Under the pieces are notes generated by a model. It made no database searches. It was given only the letters and a program-made list of their open reading frames with translations, and was not told where the DNA came from. The translations under genes and the position numbers were made by a program. DNA of 64,000 bases from Camelus ferus (lineage: Eukaryota), in assembly GCF_009834535.1 (NCBI RefSeq), contig NC_045696.1, positions 81,346,001 through 81,410,000 on the forward strand, read 5' to 3'. The first letter of the stretch is position 1, and each line of letters starts with the position of its first letter. Of this stretch, positions 51,401 to 64,000 are shown in pieces.

Positions 51401-54039
51401 TGTTCTTTGATTGGAAGAAAGAGCCAGAGGGAGGGATTGTGAAAACACGAGAAGGAGAAGGAGAACACTGGTCCTCTGCCCGGCTATTTAGCTTTGGCAC
51501 TGAATTAGAAATACTATGTTGCTAAACTAATTCTGTTGTCTTTTGCCCATCACTTTATGGACTTTATTAGTCTCTCAACCTCCATTAGATTATCATCCTG
51601 GAAGTCAAGGGTTATGTCCTATTCTTCAGATTTTTTTCTAGCATCTGGTGCAATCTGTATCACATAACAAACTTTTAATAAGTAAGTGAATGAATGAATG
51701 AATGAAAGACTTCCTAAAGGCCTGATAAAGATTGCTGTGGCATAGCTGGGAACTCTGAACCCTAGACAAAACAGTCAGAGACAGAGGAGTTCAAGGACAA
51801 CCCTGAAAGGGAAAGCCTGTCTCTCAAGAGCCAGGGGAGAGAGAAGGACAGAAGGAAGTGACCAACAATGACAGACACAGCAAGAAGCCCTCCTCTGTGA
51901 TTTAAAAATGTTCTGCAGTCTCTGAAACATGAACTGTGGGCTGCTCTTGGCTTTCTAAAAGCTTTGGAGCATGCAGAAATTTGTGGGATTTTTCCATAAT
52001 CAACAGCCATTACCTTATGTCAGACAACATGGTAATAGAAAAATTAATGGTATGGGCAATTAATACAAGGTACACAGAATGAACAAATATGTACAGAAGA
52101 GTCACAATACAACAGATGAATCCTACACAATAGAACAACCTTAAACTAAGAGGAATTGCTCACCATTTTAGCAGAAAAATGACTAGGGAAGAAATAGAGA
52201 TTATTACCTTTTAGTCAATCTATAAGAATTATTATTTGTAGAAATAATGTAAAATAAAACTAAAACAGCTTGTACTGCTCACCATAAAAATTTATCACAA
52301 ATGAAGCAGTTCTGGCTCATAAAATTGAAATGTATAAAATTGACCCACAGGAAAAAAATCAGAAAACTATTCAGCAAAAAGGCAAAACTGACTGTGACTA
52401 ACGCTATACACTGAAAACTTGTTATTGGCTAAAAATTGACAGATGAATCAAATCTTCTTAATAAAATTTATACCTTTAAAATGAGTCCAGAAAAATTGGA
52501 CTTGATAGAAGTAATGGCCACAGAAGCCTTTGACAATGGACAAAAAAAAAAAAAAAAGTTGATTTGTGTACCAAACCTTTACTATAACATTTACATAGAA
52601 AACAATTGGAACCAATGATAATTTTAATAAAATAATAATGAAAATGCAAAAATTGGGAAAGAGTGTAACTGAGATGTGTAGAAAATTAATCAAATAATTG
52701 TCTTACTGGAAAGAGCTCTAGGAAATACTCTTCATGAAAATTCATTCATATTGACATATTTCTGATTAAAATATTTGGATAGAATCATAACATCATCAGG
52801 GTTTAAAAAAAGAAAGTGGAGCCAAACTATCCTTAATCTTTGAACTCCTGTGGGACTGTCTAATGGTGAAAGAGAGCTTGATTGTACAGAGTCAGCCTGG
52901 TGGTGGCCGCCAGGTAAATCTAGCCCCTAATAGTAGCAAAGAGGGACTGAGTGATGAAAGAAAGTGACTCCCATCCTAGGAGGCTTCAACTCTTGACCAC
53001 TGCTTCATTTATTGATTTATTCGTTTTACCACCTTGTCGTAAACAAGAATTTAAGGCATATATAAAATAAAAATACATTTTTATTATAAAATATAAAAAT
53101 AAGAATATACGAAAATAAAATACATACAAGATAAAGCAAATTTGAAACAAATGAGTGAAGAAATCGTGGTTTTGAGAATTATTCTGATCCACCAATCTAG
53201 CAATACACCAGAAATTCATTACAGCAATTTCTTCTTCCATGTCTCTGGAACACTATTAATAGCTCCTTTCTGGGAGTGAAATATTGAAAATGCTTCTTTG
53301 GTATTTCTTCCCAAACTCATAAGTTCTAACTCATACTTGGATGTATTCAATCCACTGCTCCAGTTTAATCATTTCAAATTAAGCATCTGGCTATACACTA
53401 TTTTTCTGGACTCACCTTTTCATCTTTTTGCCTCTCCATTTTGGATAAAAATCCTCAGTAGATATCTTCTCTGCCCCAGAGATGTCATAAGTCTGGCGTT
53501 TTTTCTTAGATTGAATATTCCATCAAATCCTTGGGCTTTGAAAGGACCCAAGAAATGAGAATTTTTTTTTTTTTTTTTTACTGTATAAGAAACAATTAAA
53601 ATAAAAGAACAAAATGGTAAAAGATGTGATTAATACACCTACTGAGAGAAACAAACCCTAGTACCTTTCCTGTTTTTAAAAAACCCACTTTAAAAGAGTT
53701 AGCTGCCCAGTAGGGTAACTATAGGTGCAGCTTTGAGAACTGTGGGTGGACCACATCGCCCTCCTGGTCCAGGGTTTCCCATGGGGCTGTGGTCTGTGCC
53801 ACAGGACACAGCAAACATCAATCCTGCTCTCAGGATGTATGTCAGGATCCTATTCCCTTCTCCCATTGTATCTAAATATAAAAGCAGGAGACAGATTGGA
53901 AGTAGATATACCACAGTGGGGGTGATTACAGGTTTTTAAAACTACTGGATACTCTTGAGTTAAACAGCCTTGTAGATGAATGCCTGGTCCACCAGAATGC
54001 CCTTAACTGGTAACTCTTCTCTACAAAATGATTATTTTT

Positions 54040-54530
54040 TGTACTCCTACTCCGTGCCAAGCTCTATGCTGGGTTCTGGGTATATATACCATGATGAGCA
54101 AAGAGACAAGAATTCTGCCTTCACAAGCGTCTGTTCTGATGAGAGAAAATAGGAAAGTTAAAAGAGAGTCAAAAAAGATAAAGAATTACTAATTGTGATG
54201 AGAACCATTAAGGAAAAAGAGTGAAGAGAAAGAGGAGGCTGGCTGGTGGGATAAGACATAGATGGTGGTGAGAGAAGGCTTCTAGGGGAAGGTAGCATTT
54301 AAGATGAAATCAGATGAATGAGAGGGAACCAGCCAAGAACCAGGGTGAGAAACAGCTTTCCAGGCAGAGGGGAGAGCGTGTGCAAAGTTCAGGGTATCTG
54401 CTGGTCAAAGGTGGGGTAAGGAGGGCTTGGAGATCACTCAGAGCCTTGTGGCTCATGCTGGCTGCTGCGCAGTGAGCAGGTCGAGAGGGGACACTGCAAA
54501 AGTGGGAGCCCAGTTCGAGCATCAGTGCAG
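54040..54530 (-). mobile_element. L2 LINE relic, antisense
   Basis: tcctactccgtgccaagctctatgctgggttctggg...ctgccttcaca...ttccaggcagagggg...gtgcaaag. Confidence 0.7.
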
Positions 54531-54564
54531 CGTGAAAGGCTAAAATAGGACGTGGTTAAGGCCT

Positions 54565-54637
54565 CTGACCTGAACACTTAAAATGGTTAAAATGGTAAGT
54601 TTTCTGTTATGTATATTTTACCACAATAAAAAAAAAA
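54565..54637 (+). mobile_element. L1 3' terminal fragment with poly(A)
   Basis: acacttaaaatggttaaaatggtaagttttctgttatgtatattttaccacaataaaaaaaaaa. Confidence 0.75.
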
Positions 54638-54706
54638 TTTCCGTAGACAGAGAACAGGTATTCCCTAAACATGCACTGTCATGAATTTTGTTCCCTCCCG
54701 TTTCAG

Positions 54707-54836
54707 ACCAACAGGAGCCCCTGGGAGTGCTGAGCAGTACAACGTGGGGATGGTCGGCACACACGGGCTGGAGACCTCGCACGCGGACACGTTCAGCAGC
54801 AGTATTTCAAGAGAAGGAACCTTGATGATAAGAGAG
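54707..54836 (+). CDS. TNIK: TNIK coding exon (~exon 23), 130 nt, phase 2/0
   Basis: tttcag|ACCAAC...AGAGAG|gtaagt; PTGAPGSAEQYNVGMVGTHGLETSHADTFSSSISREGTLMIRE. Confidence 0.97.
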
Positions 54837-57589
54837 GTAAGTTGGGATAAAAACTGTGTAAAGGAAGTGCATTCCTTAATTGGTTTTTATGTTAGAGCTT
54901 TCACAGAGGATGCTTATGGCGTGTATCTTAGGGAACCGGGGGTGGGGGAGGGAGAAGGACCCATGTTTCTAAATTGTTGAGTGATTTTAATTGTCCACCT
55001 TCTTTCCTGCATCCTTCTAAGCTTTTGCAGGGTGACTTAATCACGTTAGTCCAAATTCTTCAGAAGGAGCTATGCAAATCGGAATATAGAATTTGAGCCT
55101 GAGGATGTAAAACTGGCAAACCCAGATATTTCCTACCAGTGGAACACAGAAATGAATGGTCTATCCAAATAGCATCACTGGCCTTGCTATGCCTTCTCCT
55201 CCCTACCCCAGGTTTTATCCTTGTGGATTTTATGGAGAAATTGCTGGATAGTTCCAAGAAATGGTGATATTATCTAGTTAAATTAACATTAAGGACTAGT
55301 AAGCTATATTGGTGACAGAACAAAGAAGTATGCAAATGTACTTTAAAATGCACCTCAGCGCACTGAGTGATTTTGTTTTTTTAAACTCTAGGAACGGCGT
55401 TTCCTGGGGGAGGGCGGGGTGTCAGGTTCCCTTTCCCTGGCCCCTCCAACATGCAGTGTTTCCCCACTGTATCTGTGCCAACCAGAAGGGCCTGGACACA
55501 TTCCCATCCGCCTTTTCGCTTCACCATCACCATGCAAGTTTGACGGCAGGTCTTTACTTGGAAGGAGAGTAATGGCTGGTGACAAGGGGCAGAAGTTACT
55601 TGACCTCTCCCTGCAGCCACTTTGTCATCTACGAAATTTCATCAGTGATAGTATATGACTCACAAGCTGGTTGGGAGGATTAAGTGAGTTAATGCGTGCA
55701 AACATCCAATAAATGTTAACTATTTCATTTCACTCTCCTCCATAGACTTGAGCTCTCCTTTTGCTTGTTAACACTTCCCACCCTTCCTTCTTAAACATAA
55801 ACATAGATCATCTGTCCTTCCCCTTCCAAAGATTGGAAGACACTAAGAGGAGGCTTCGCTCTCCAAAAAGGCAGAGGGCATCTCATTTTTTGTAAGAAAG
55901 AAAGGAACTGTAGTTTTGAGATGAATAAGTCCTTTGAAATCGTAATTGGCAGTAGAGCTATTACTGAGACTAGTTCACAAAGCAACTTGCTAGAATTTCA
56001 TTTTATGGCCCTGCCGAATCTTTCAAGTAGACTTTAAAGAGTCCTTTCACATACGCCTGGAATGAAAAATGGACTTGGCTGCTGAAGTTGACATTGTGTC
56101 GTGCTGGTATATAAATCTAGCACGGTGAATGGATGATTTCAATGGAAGCGTGGAGGGTTTCTATCACTATACCTCGCCTCTTAGGAAAACATGAGAGGAA
56201 GTGTTCTGGAATGAGTTACTCTCTGACTCGAAATAAAAGGACTCCAATTTCTAATGTGGTTTACAATTTGTTTGAATCTTATGACAGAGCCAATACCTTG
56301 AAGTGGACATTTGGAGCCACGGTTTGAGTTCAGTTACCAGCCACATCCGAATGGCTCCATGTTATTTAAAAAATACTTGATGACCGCCATCGATCACCTT
56401 GAAAATAGCCCTCGCCAGCGTCATGTAGGAATCTCATCTACTGAGGGCCCTAAAAGCTTTTGGTCCTCTCAGTGTCTAAATTCTCCTTTTCCCAAATGCA
56501 GGCTTTTACCATAACAAACCTGAGTTGAAATCCACTAAAAATATATGTATTAAAAAGATAAATACAAGTTAAAGTATGACAACATAGTAAGAAAAGAAAA
56601 ACTCACTCCAATAGAATTCGTTACAGGGCGGTATTGGTTCAATTCCCCAAGGTGAACATCAAGGAGACTCACTCCACTCGTCATCCCCAAGGGAGGGGAG
56701 ACACGGCTCTGCAAGGATCGCACTGGCTCTGCTAGCCGTGGTCTTGTCAGAGACCCTTGTAGTGCGCACCCCTGCGCCTGTGGTTCTGCCTTTCTGTCCC
56801 TACGGCTCCACGGGACCTTCCCACGCTCCCCTCTTGAGCACCTCACCCCCGCTGTCATCTGCCGCTTTGTCCGAGGGGCCCACCTCCTGGAAGAGCTATT
56901 CTTCCTCGCCCGCCGCAGCCCATCATTCCCCGCAGACCCCCGGGGGTCTGGTCCACCTTCCCTTTCTCCTTGAAGCCTCTCCCGGGACTCCGTGGGCCTC
57001 TGTCCACACCGCCTTCCTCGCTGACCAGCTGGTGTCTCTCCAGGGTTTCTCCACCCGCCGAACCAGAACACTAGCTTATTGTCACAAAGACTCTTTTGAT
57101 TATAAGTAATAGAAAAAAAGAACCCACTTAAAGCAGCGTAAGAAAAGAAGGCAGGGTAGGCATCAAAGAGAGGGGAATAAGGATTCAAAAGTCTTTCATT
57201 AAAGGAATCCAAAGGCAGAGAGCGAGTTGGGACCCGATGTAGAGATGGAACCAGAAACTGGAGAGGGATTAGTAGCTCAGCTCAGCGACTTCCACCTGCA
57301 GGTGGATCTCTGGCTCTCTCACTGCCTGTCTCTCCTTGCCCTCACCTCTGTTTCCTCCACGTTTCTCCCTGTTCTCTCTCCACAGACCAGCTTTCTCTCC
57401 CCCCATATGCATGCGCTCTCACCGCCCCCCGGCCCCCGTTGCAAGGTGTTCACCACATCCCAGGTCAGCTGCCCAGCAGACTGACCAATATCTCTCAGAC
57501 CTGACTGTGAACTCCAATGGGAATCTGACCGTGCTTGGCTCAGGTGTCCTCTCCTGGTCCAGTCGGCTGTGGCCGAGAGCAGAGCCACC

Positions 57590-57830
57590 TACCACAGCAG
57601 CCGCCCGGAGCACCTGGGCTCGGCCGCCAGGCAGCCTCGGTTCAAACTCTGATTGCACCACTTACAATCTACGTCACTCGGGGCAAGTTAATTGAATTCT
57701 TTAACACTGAAGTTTTTCCATCTGTAAAATGGGGATAATGGAAGCTAACCCACGGTGGTATAGTGAGGATATAAACCCAAAGCATTTAGCATGGTACCTG
57801 GTGTATACTGATCCTCAGAACATCTTAGTG
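57590..57830 (+). mobile_element. MIR SINE relic
   Basis: ggttcaaactctg...ccacttac...gggcaagttaatt...tccatctgtaaaatggggataat...ttagcatggtacctgg. Confidence 0.7.
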
Positions 57831-58890
57831 CTCACCCCTTTGGGAATGATGAGGGCCTGAAGATCGTCGAGATTGTTGGGGTTCTGCTGATGAGGTCCTA
57901 GAGGGCAGAGCTGTGGTTCATTTGTCTTTGTGTTCCCAGCAGACCGCCTGGCACACAGAAGGTATTTAATTCTAAGAGGGTGCTGGTTGAATGAACAAAA
58001 GGGTGATGACTCAGAAGTGGGAATATTCAGGGGTCATTGCTGGATTCCTTCAAGCACTGTCTAGGCCCTTTCCCCTCGTAGGTCTTTCTTTGATAACCAG
58101 TGTGTCTGCATCAGCTTTCGGCTTGAGGCAGAACGCTGCTGATACAAGAGAGACCACAAAACTCTAAAGAGACAATGTGTGATTTATGCTACTGGGAAGT
58201 TGGGGGACATGTTAAAAAGCTTTTCAGTATTTGAACAGAAGTTAAAAGGAAGGAGAAGCTTCCAGTACATGTAAAATAGGGGACAACACAATAAATTAGG
58301 ACTGAACCCTCTAAATGTTATTTAGAAAATGAAATGTTTGGATAGCACTGTGACAAAATGAATCCAGCAAATGACCTTCTCTAGGACAGGTGGAGCGTGC
58401 TGCCAAGAAACACAGGGCACCAAGGCTTTCCTGCTATTCCTGGTAACATCAGTTACATGCACCCCTTCAGGAACTTGGGAGTCTGTTTCCTGCCCCCACT
58501 CCAAAAAAAATGCCCCCTGTCGCTTCCAGCCAGAGGCAGGTGCAGAGCTGTAATTGCAAGACCAGGACAGGCTTCGGAAGGAAGAAGCCAGGCCCATGAG
58601 GTGGTCAAAAAAGCAGCATAGACCCTCGCCCAGGCCAGCCCGAAGAAGGCAGGGAGCGCGCCTGCCTCGTTCCTGACCGATTCCTCCGCGTTCAGCACAA
58701 CGCTTCACACTTGTAGGCGCTCAGAAGTGTCGGGCAAATGGATGAAAAAAAGAAAAGGCAAAGAAGGGAATCATTACTTAATCAGGTCTGCTGCAAGAAA
58801 CCTCAGTGAGCCAGTCACGTGAATGTTAAACCAGAAAGTGCAGTTCTAGCCAGGACTACAGTGCGGGCTCTGGCTTTTTGGGAGCAGGAC

Positions 58891-58912
58891 TTTTCTTTCT
58901 TTCTTTCTTTCT

Positions 58913-58988
<76 letters not shown>

Positions 58989-59300
58989 TCCTTCTTTCCT
59001 TCTTTCCTTCTTTCCTTCTTTCTTTCTTTCTTCCTTTCTTTCTCTTTCTTTCTTCTTTCTTTCTTTCTTTCTTTCTTTCTTTCCTTCTTTCCTTCTTTCT
59101 TTCTTTCTTTCTTTCTTTCTCTTTCTTTCTTTCTCTCTTTCTTTCTTCCCTTCCTTTCCTTTCTTTTCTTTCTTTCATCTTTCTTTCTTTCTCTCTCTTT
59201 CTCGCTTTCTCTCTTTATCCCTTTCTTCCTTTCCTTTCTTTCTTTTCTTTTCTTTCTTTCTTTCTTCTCTCTCTCTCTCTCTCTCTTTCTCTTTCTTCCT
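58891..59300. repeat. Long compound (TTTC)n/(TTCC)n/(TC)n polypyrimidine microsatellite
   Basis: About 410 bp almost purely C/T on the + strand. Confidence 0.97.
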
Positions 59301-60230
59301 TAGTATTTTCTCTTAATTCTGTATTTCTCCCCTAGAATTTTTGGGAGGAGGCTTTGCTCCCCAGGGCAGTGATTTCCAACTTGTTAAGTCATGCAATGCT
59401 ATCAGTAAGAATTTCAGGGAATGCTACATAATACACAGTGTTTTCATTTATTTACAAATCATGCATTTGTCCTACTGCATTAACATAATATAAAATACCT
59501 TTAAATGACATTCAAAAGGGATGCTATAAACAACATTTCAGGTGCTGTGCTGGTCATGATGACTTCATTTTTTTTACCAGCTCCTAGCACAAGGCACCAT
59601 AGTTGCTTACTAAGAGATTCCACATTAATGATAATGGATGTAAATCCGTATTTTCAAATAATCTTTAGATTATTTCAATGCTTTATAACTCCCATCAGAT
59701 GTGATTAGTTAATCATTGTTTTGACCTCGTGACTGCAAGGAGCCCTGTGAGCTGGGATCATCTCTGCGTTTTCTTGGCGTGCAGTACGCATAGATTATTT
59801 GTGTTATCTCATCCCACTGCTTCTCAGCACTGTTTCAGGTCATGTTTGTGTCATTGTAACCTGGTGAAATGATCTGGTGTGCATGCGCACACGCACACAA
59901 ACACTGCAGGAGAGGAGCTTCAGGTATGGGCCCCCCTCGGCCCCTCCACCTTCAGCAATCCTGTCTTCCCACAGGGAGCCCCCACATCCTGTGTGACCCC
60001 TGACGCCCCTCATGCAGGAGCATCAGGCCCCAGGGTCAATCCACATACTAAACACCGGCAAAGCATAACTTTTTTCTTATTTTCTTAGATAAAATAGAAA
60101 TTTGAGTATCTTCCCACACCCCAGCGGGATGATTTGGAGGCCACTGCGCCTGTGCTGTGCGAGGGGTGACATCACTCTGTGGTCCCTGCCCTCCCTCTCT
60201 AACGGCCAGCCCTGTGTTGTGCCCCCTCAG

Positions 60231-60395
60231 ACGTCTGGAGAGAAGAAGCGATCTGGCCACAGTGACAGCAATGGCTTCGCCGGCCACATCAACCTGCCGG
60301 ACCTGGTGCAGCAGAGCCATTCTCCTGCTGGGACCCCAACCGAGGGCCTGGGGCGCGTCTCCACCCACGCCCAGGAGATGGACTCCGGGACTGAA
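60231..60395 (+). CDS. TNIK: TNIK coding exon (~exon 24), 165 nt, phase 0/0
   Basis: cctcag|ACGTCT...ACTGAA|gtaggt; TSGEKKRSGHSDSNGFAGHINLPDLVQQSHSPAGTPTEGLGRVSTHAQEMDSGTE. Confidence 0.97.
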
Positions 60396-60589
60396 GTAGG
60401 TGCTGCGTAACAGCCACAGCGGCTTTGCTCTCCCTCAGGGGGTCTGAAACCCTGATTTTTTCGAGAATGAGGCTCTGCTAAACTCCCAGAAAAGTGTTTG
60501 GTTGGGTTCTATTATATACATACATATGCATATACTCAGATGGAGGGTATCCTGGAAGCAGAGCCGTGATGAGTTCTCAGGCACCATCT

Positions 60590-60715
60590 GGACCGATACC
60601 TGTTTTTACAGGTGAGACTGCTGAGGCTCAGAGAGGTTAAGTGCCTTGCCCAAGGCACATAGCTTATTGTGACAGAGCTGGGACCAGAACTGGGACCTCC
60701 TGTCTCCCAGGCCCG
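60590..60715 (-). mobile_element. MIR core relic
   Basis: ttttacaggtgag...tgaggctcagagaggttaagtgccttgcccaagg...cagagctggga. Confidence 0.7.
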
Positions 60716-62475
60716 TGATGGAAACTTCAGCCTACAGAGATTCCAAGGCCAATAGTTGAAGTTCCCATTTACATTAATTTAGTCAAATTAAGTTTGACTT
60801 CAGATGAAATGAGGTTGAAATGATTTGTTTATGAAAAATAAAAATAAATAGATATGTTCTCAAAATGCTCATCTCCCTAAACTTCAGACCATACTAGAAG
60901 GGGAGAAATGGAGTATTCTCTTTCTTGCATAGGAAAGAGTCCGGGAAGAAATGCCCAAATAAACACAATCTGTTAGGCAGTGCTCATAGGTGTCATTGAC
61001 CGAGCTTGACTGGTCAGATGAGTTCATGGTGCTTGGTCATGTTTCATGAATAGTCCTGTGAATCACACTTAGGCCCTCCATGTATTTATAAAGCATGTAT
61101 TATAAAACACTGCTGTTTTTAATGTTGTCCACAGACTGAATTTTTATGATGTACCCTTTGGATTCTAAAGTTATAGAACAGATGAGCTTTGTTTGCCTGA
61201 AAGAAAAGAACACAGAGCATCCTATTACAGCTTCGTGCATTGTGGGCAGGGTTTTCTTCTGTCTGACCACCTCCGTGGGTACCAAGGTGCGGTCAGACCC
61301 TGTTTAAAATTCTGTTGCCTCGCCGGCTCTAAGTGAGAGCGTTAGCACTTGCCGCACCTCCTTCACCGACTTCTAAAGATCAAAGGAGAGAATGTACGTG
61401 AAAGTGCTGTGTTTGGGAACATCCTACCTTGTGGAGGATGAAATGGTTTTGGTTTCATACGTAGAAGGGGAAATCTGGAATTAAATCAAATTGGACCTTT
61501 GTAGTTTTCTCCTTACGTGTTTAGGGGTCTTGGGATATTGGTTTTATTTTTAATAAAAACCTTAAAAAATTAAAACTAAAAACTTAAAGACACCCCCGTC
61601 CCCAAAAAAAAGATGCTTCTTATGTTGAGTGCGGAACTGTCTGTGATATTAAAAGGACTGGGGTATAGGGGAAGGAATGGAGATGACAGACAAAGTCGGC
61701 AGAAGGTTACTGAAGCTCCTTTGGGAAAACTCAAATAGGGCATATCGTGACATGAAGCCCTGGTAGTTTTCTGTTCACTTTAGTTGTGACTTCGTGTCTT
61801 AATGGTGCTGTCCAAGCCCTTGGGATTACTTTCTAAGTAAGCCCTCGAGTTACATTGCCCGCAAGCCTAGGGTCTTCATGAAGCTCCCAAACAGGGCCTA
61901 GAAGTCTAAGTGTCCTTTTAAGGAGACTGTTACAGGAAGGAAACACTTCCAATCTCTGGATGAAATTGTTCCTAAATTACAGATTTTGAGGCTTCTTGAG
62001 ACAACACCAATCCACCTGCTTCACCAGGCCAGTGTGGAAGGACCCGGAGGCCTCAGGAGGAAGCCTTTGGTTGATCGTGTGTTCAGGATGAAGCACTGCT
62101 GTGTAGGCATGCTTACTGAGTTTATTGGCAGTTGTGTCCACTTTTCTTAAAACCATTTGGTCAACATGAGATTGCCTTTACTTCAGGGGAGAGAGAGGCT
62201 CTGTCACCACAGCCATCTTACCAGATATTAAGGTGCCACATATGGCCCACCATGTAATTTGCTCACTGCAGCTCCTGCAGTCTGATGCTTAATGAAGCCC
62301 TGCAAAGACACAGTGGTTGGTGAGAAACCTTGCCAGAAGAACCTGGAGAAAGACACACGCTTTGACTTGGGGTTTAGAGTCTCTGATCGTTTTAAAGCTC
62401 AAAGTATCGTTAGCATTGTTTGCTGCTGCGGTATTTATCTGGCTGCTTTTCTTAATCTTCTTGCTTATTGATTAG

Positions 62476-62587
62476 TATGGCATGGGGAGCAGCACCAAAG
62501 CCTCCTTCACCCCCTTTGTGGACCCCAGAGTGTACCAGACGTCTCCCACTGATGAAGATGAGGAAGACGAGGAATCATCAGCTGCGG
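62476..62587 (+). CDS. TNIK: TNIK coding exon (~exon 25), 112 nt, phase 0/1
   Basis: gattag|TATGGC...GCGG|gtaagc; YGMGSSTKASFTPFVDPRVYQTSPTDEDEEDEESSAA. Confidence 0.97.
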
Positions 62588-62712
62588 GTAAGCTGGAAGG
62601 CCCCGCTGCTATGGGAGCAGCTTGGCTGTCCCGGTAATACGATGAAACTGTATCATTAGTTCAGTAGTTAAGCCACTAACTGCTTAGGCCCTGTCTTAAA
62701 GGGAAGACTTAC

Positions 62713-62780
<68 letters not shown>
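62713..62780. repeat. (TTA)n trinucleotide microsatellite, about 22 units
   Basis: Pure tattattatt... run. Confidence 0.97.
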
Positions 62781-63432
62781 GTTTTATAGGATTCCTCAAA
62801 CAATTTCTATTTTTTTCGTCTCTTCTATTTTGATTCTGGTAGGAACCCAGAGGTATCCAGGGGCCCTAGGAAAAGCTGTTCCTCAGAGATCTCCAAACTC
62901 ATCACATATTTCTCAAAAGCAATTCCTGGGTACAATGCTGTGCACGCAGTAGATACTTAATAAACGCGTGTTGAGTTGTGTTGAGTTCTCGGTGTGTGCG
63001 TCCCACTGCGAAGGTCTGGCTATTTTAGAGGAGTCTTGCTTTCTAGAATTCTGCAACTCACTAATCATCAGACTCATCTTAGGCCATTTGTCAATTGATA
63101 ATATGGGATTTCAAAAAGTAAATCTTTTCATGCATATATTACAAGGGATGGGGATGGTCTATTGAATTTTATGTGATAAATATTAATTCCCTAAACTACC
63201 CAGGTAGCGTCTATAAGCCTGTTTTACTAATGGATAAAATACTGCTTTTCTGAATGGCTTATACTTTATTCTACTAAAAAAGTATAATATATTTATAATT
63301 TCAAGTTTCCTTGCTTTTACTATAATGCAACACTAAACAAGGAGAAATCATAATGTTTTAAAGTCCCTTCTCCGTATCTCCACTGGTTATATTTTAAGAT
63401 GCCACTGACTTCTCTGATTCTTTTTCTCAAAG

Positions 63433-63603
63433 CTCTGTTTACTAGCGAACTTCTTAGGCAAGAACAGGCCAAACTCAATGAAGCAAGAAAGATTTCAGTG
63501 GTAAACGTAAACCCAACCAACATTCGGCCTCATAGCGACACACCAGAAATCAGAAAATACAAGAAGCGATTCAACTCTGAAATACTTTGTGCGGCCCTGT
63601 GGG
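63433..63603 (+). CDS. TNIK: TNIK coding exon (~exon 26), 171 nt, phase 1/1, start of CNH domain
   Basis: tcaaag|CTCTGT...TGTGGG|gtaagt; (A)[56 protein letters not shown](G); uses the less common AAG acceptor. Confidence 0.97.
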
Positions 63604-64000
63604 GTAAGTTGGTGCTTTTTACCACTCATTAGTGAAGTGACCCTCAAACATGAAAGCATGTGGATCTTACCTTCAGAAGAGTGCTGATGGAATCGTGGGT
63701 GTCAGAGCCCCGACTTGGGACTGTCGTAGCCTCAGGAGAGATCAAGAGCAATTTTACATGTAGAAAGAACTGACCCCTTGTACCCGGGATAACAAAATGA
63801 GATGCAGAATGACCTTGTCACATAACAGTTATGGGCTCAAGCCAACAACGGAACTAGCTACCACGTAACACACATCCACCGTGTGCCCAGCACTGGGCGA
63901 TGTGCCCACATTCTGTCCCTGGGATCCACACAACACTCCGCAAGGGGAATAATGGTGTCACCTCCATGTCCCAGCTGAAAAAACAGCCTGGAATATTTTA

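Noticed and set aside
56550..57212. 220-aa minus-strand ORF
   Set aside because: Non-ATG start, Arg/Gly-rich, no recognisable domain; explained by local GC richness
1282..58015. Scattered TGA(C/G)TCA AP-1 motifs
   Set aside because: Count close to chance expectation for 64 kb and not clustered
58819..59316. ORFs of 110-165 aa rich in F/L/S or K/E/R
   Set aside because: Translations of the TTTC microsatellite
1..64000. Prokaryotic systems (CRISPR arrays, operons, defence islands)
   Set aside because: The sequence is a spliced mammalian gene; no repeat-spacer arrays or gene-dense segments seen

Overview
Mammalian genomic DNA, very probably camelid (two tRNA-derived Vic-1-like SINEs). The window holds the middle of the TNIK gene (TRAF2- and NCK-interacting kinase, MAP4K7) on the + strand. 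Fourteen coding exons (about exons 13-26 by human numbering, recalled from memory) splice in frame at GT-AG sites. They run from the coiled-coil region (QQRREKELRKQ...) through the proline-rich intermediate domain to the start of the CNH domain (...[11 protein letters not shown]), and include the three known cassette exons (87, 165 and 24 nt). Introns carry MIR, L2, L1, MER5A, MER20 and MLT relics and microsatellites. The most striking unexplained feature is a stop-free frame of about 445 codons (14357-15691) in the intron after exon 15. It contains a phase-0 splice acceptor at 14470/14471 in frame with TNIK and is followed by AATAAA signals. This suggests an unannotated large alternative exon, possibly terminal, that would give a CNH-less TNIK with a 407-aa Ser/Pro-rich tail. 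Also seen: a nested palindrome/tandem-repeat scar at 10474-10586, a dispersed 29-bp duplication, a tiny poly(A) retrocopy and a CpG-rich intronic patch. Repeat family names and boundaries are by eye, not from a database search.
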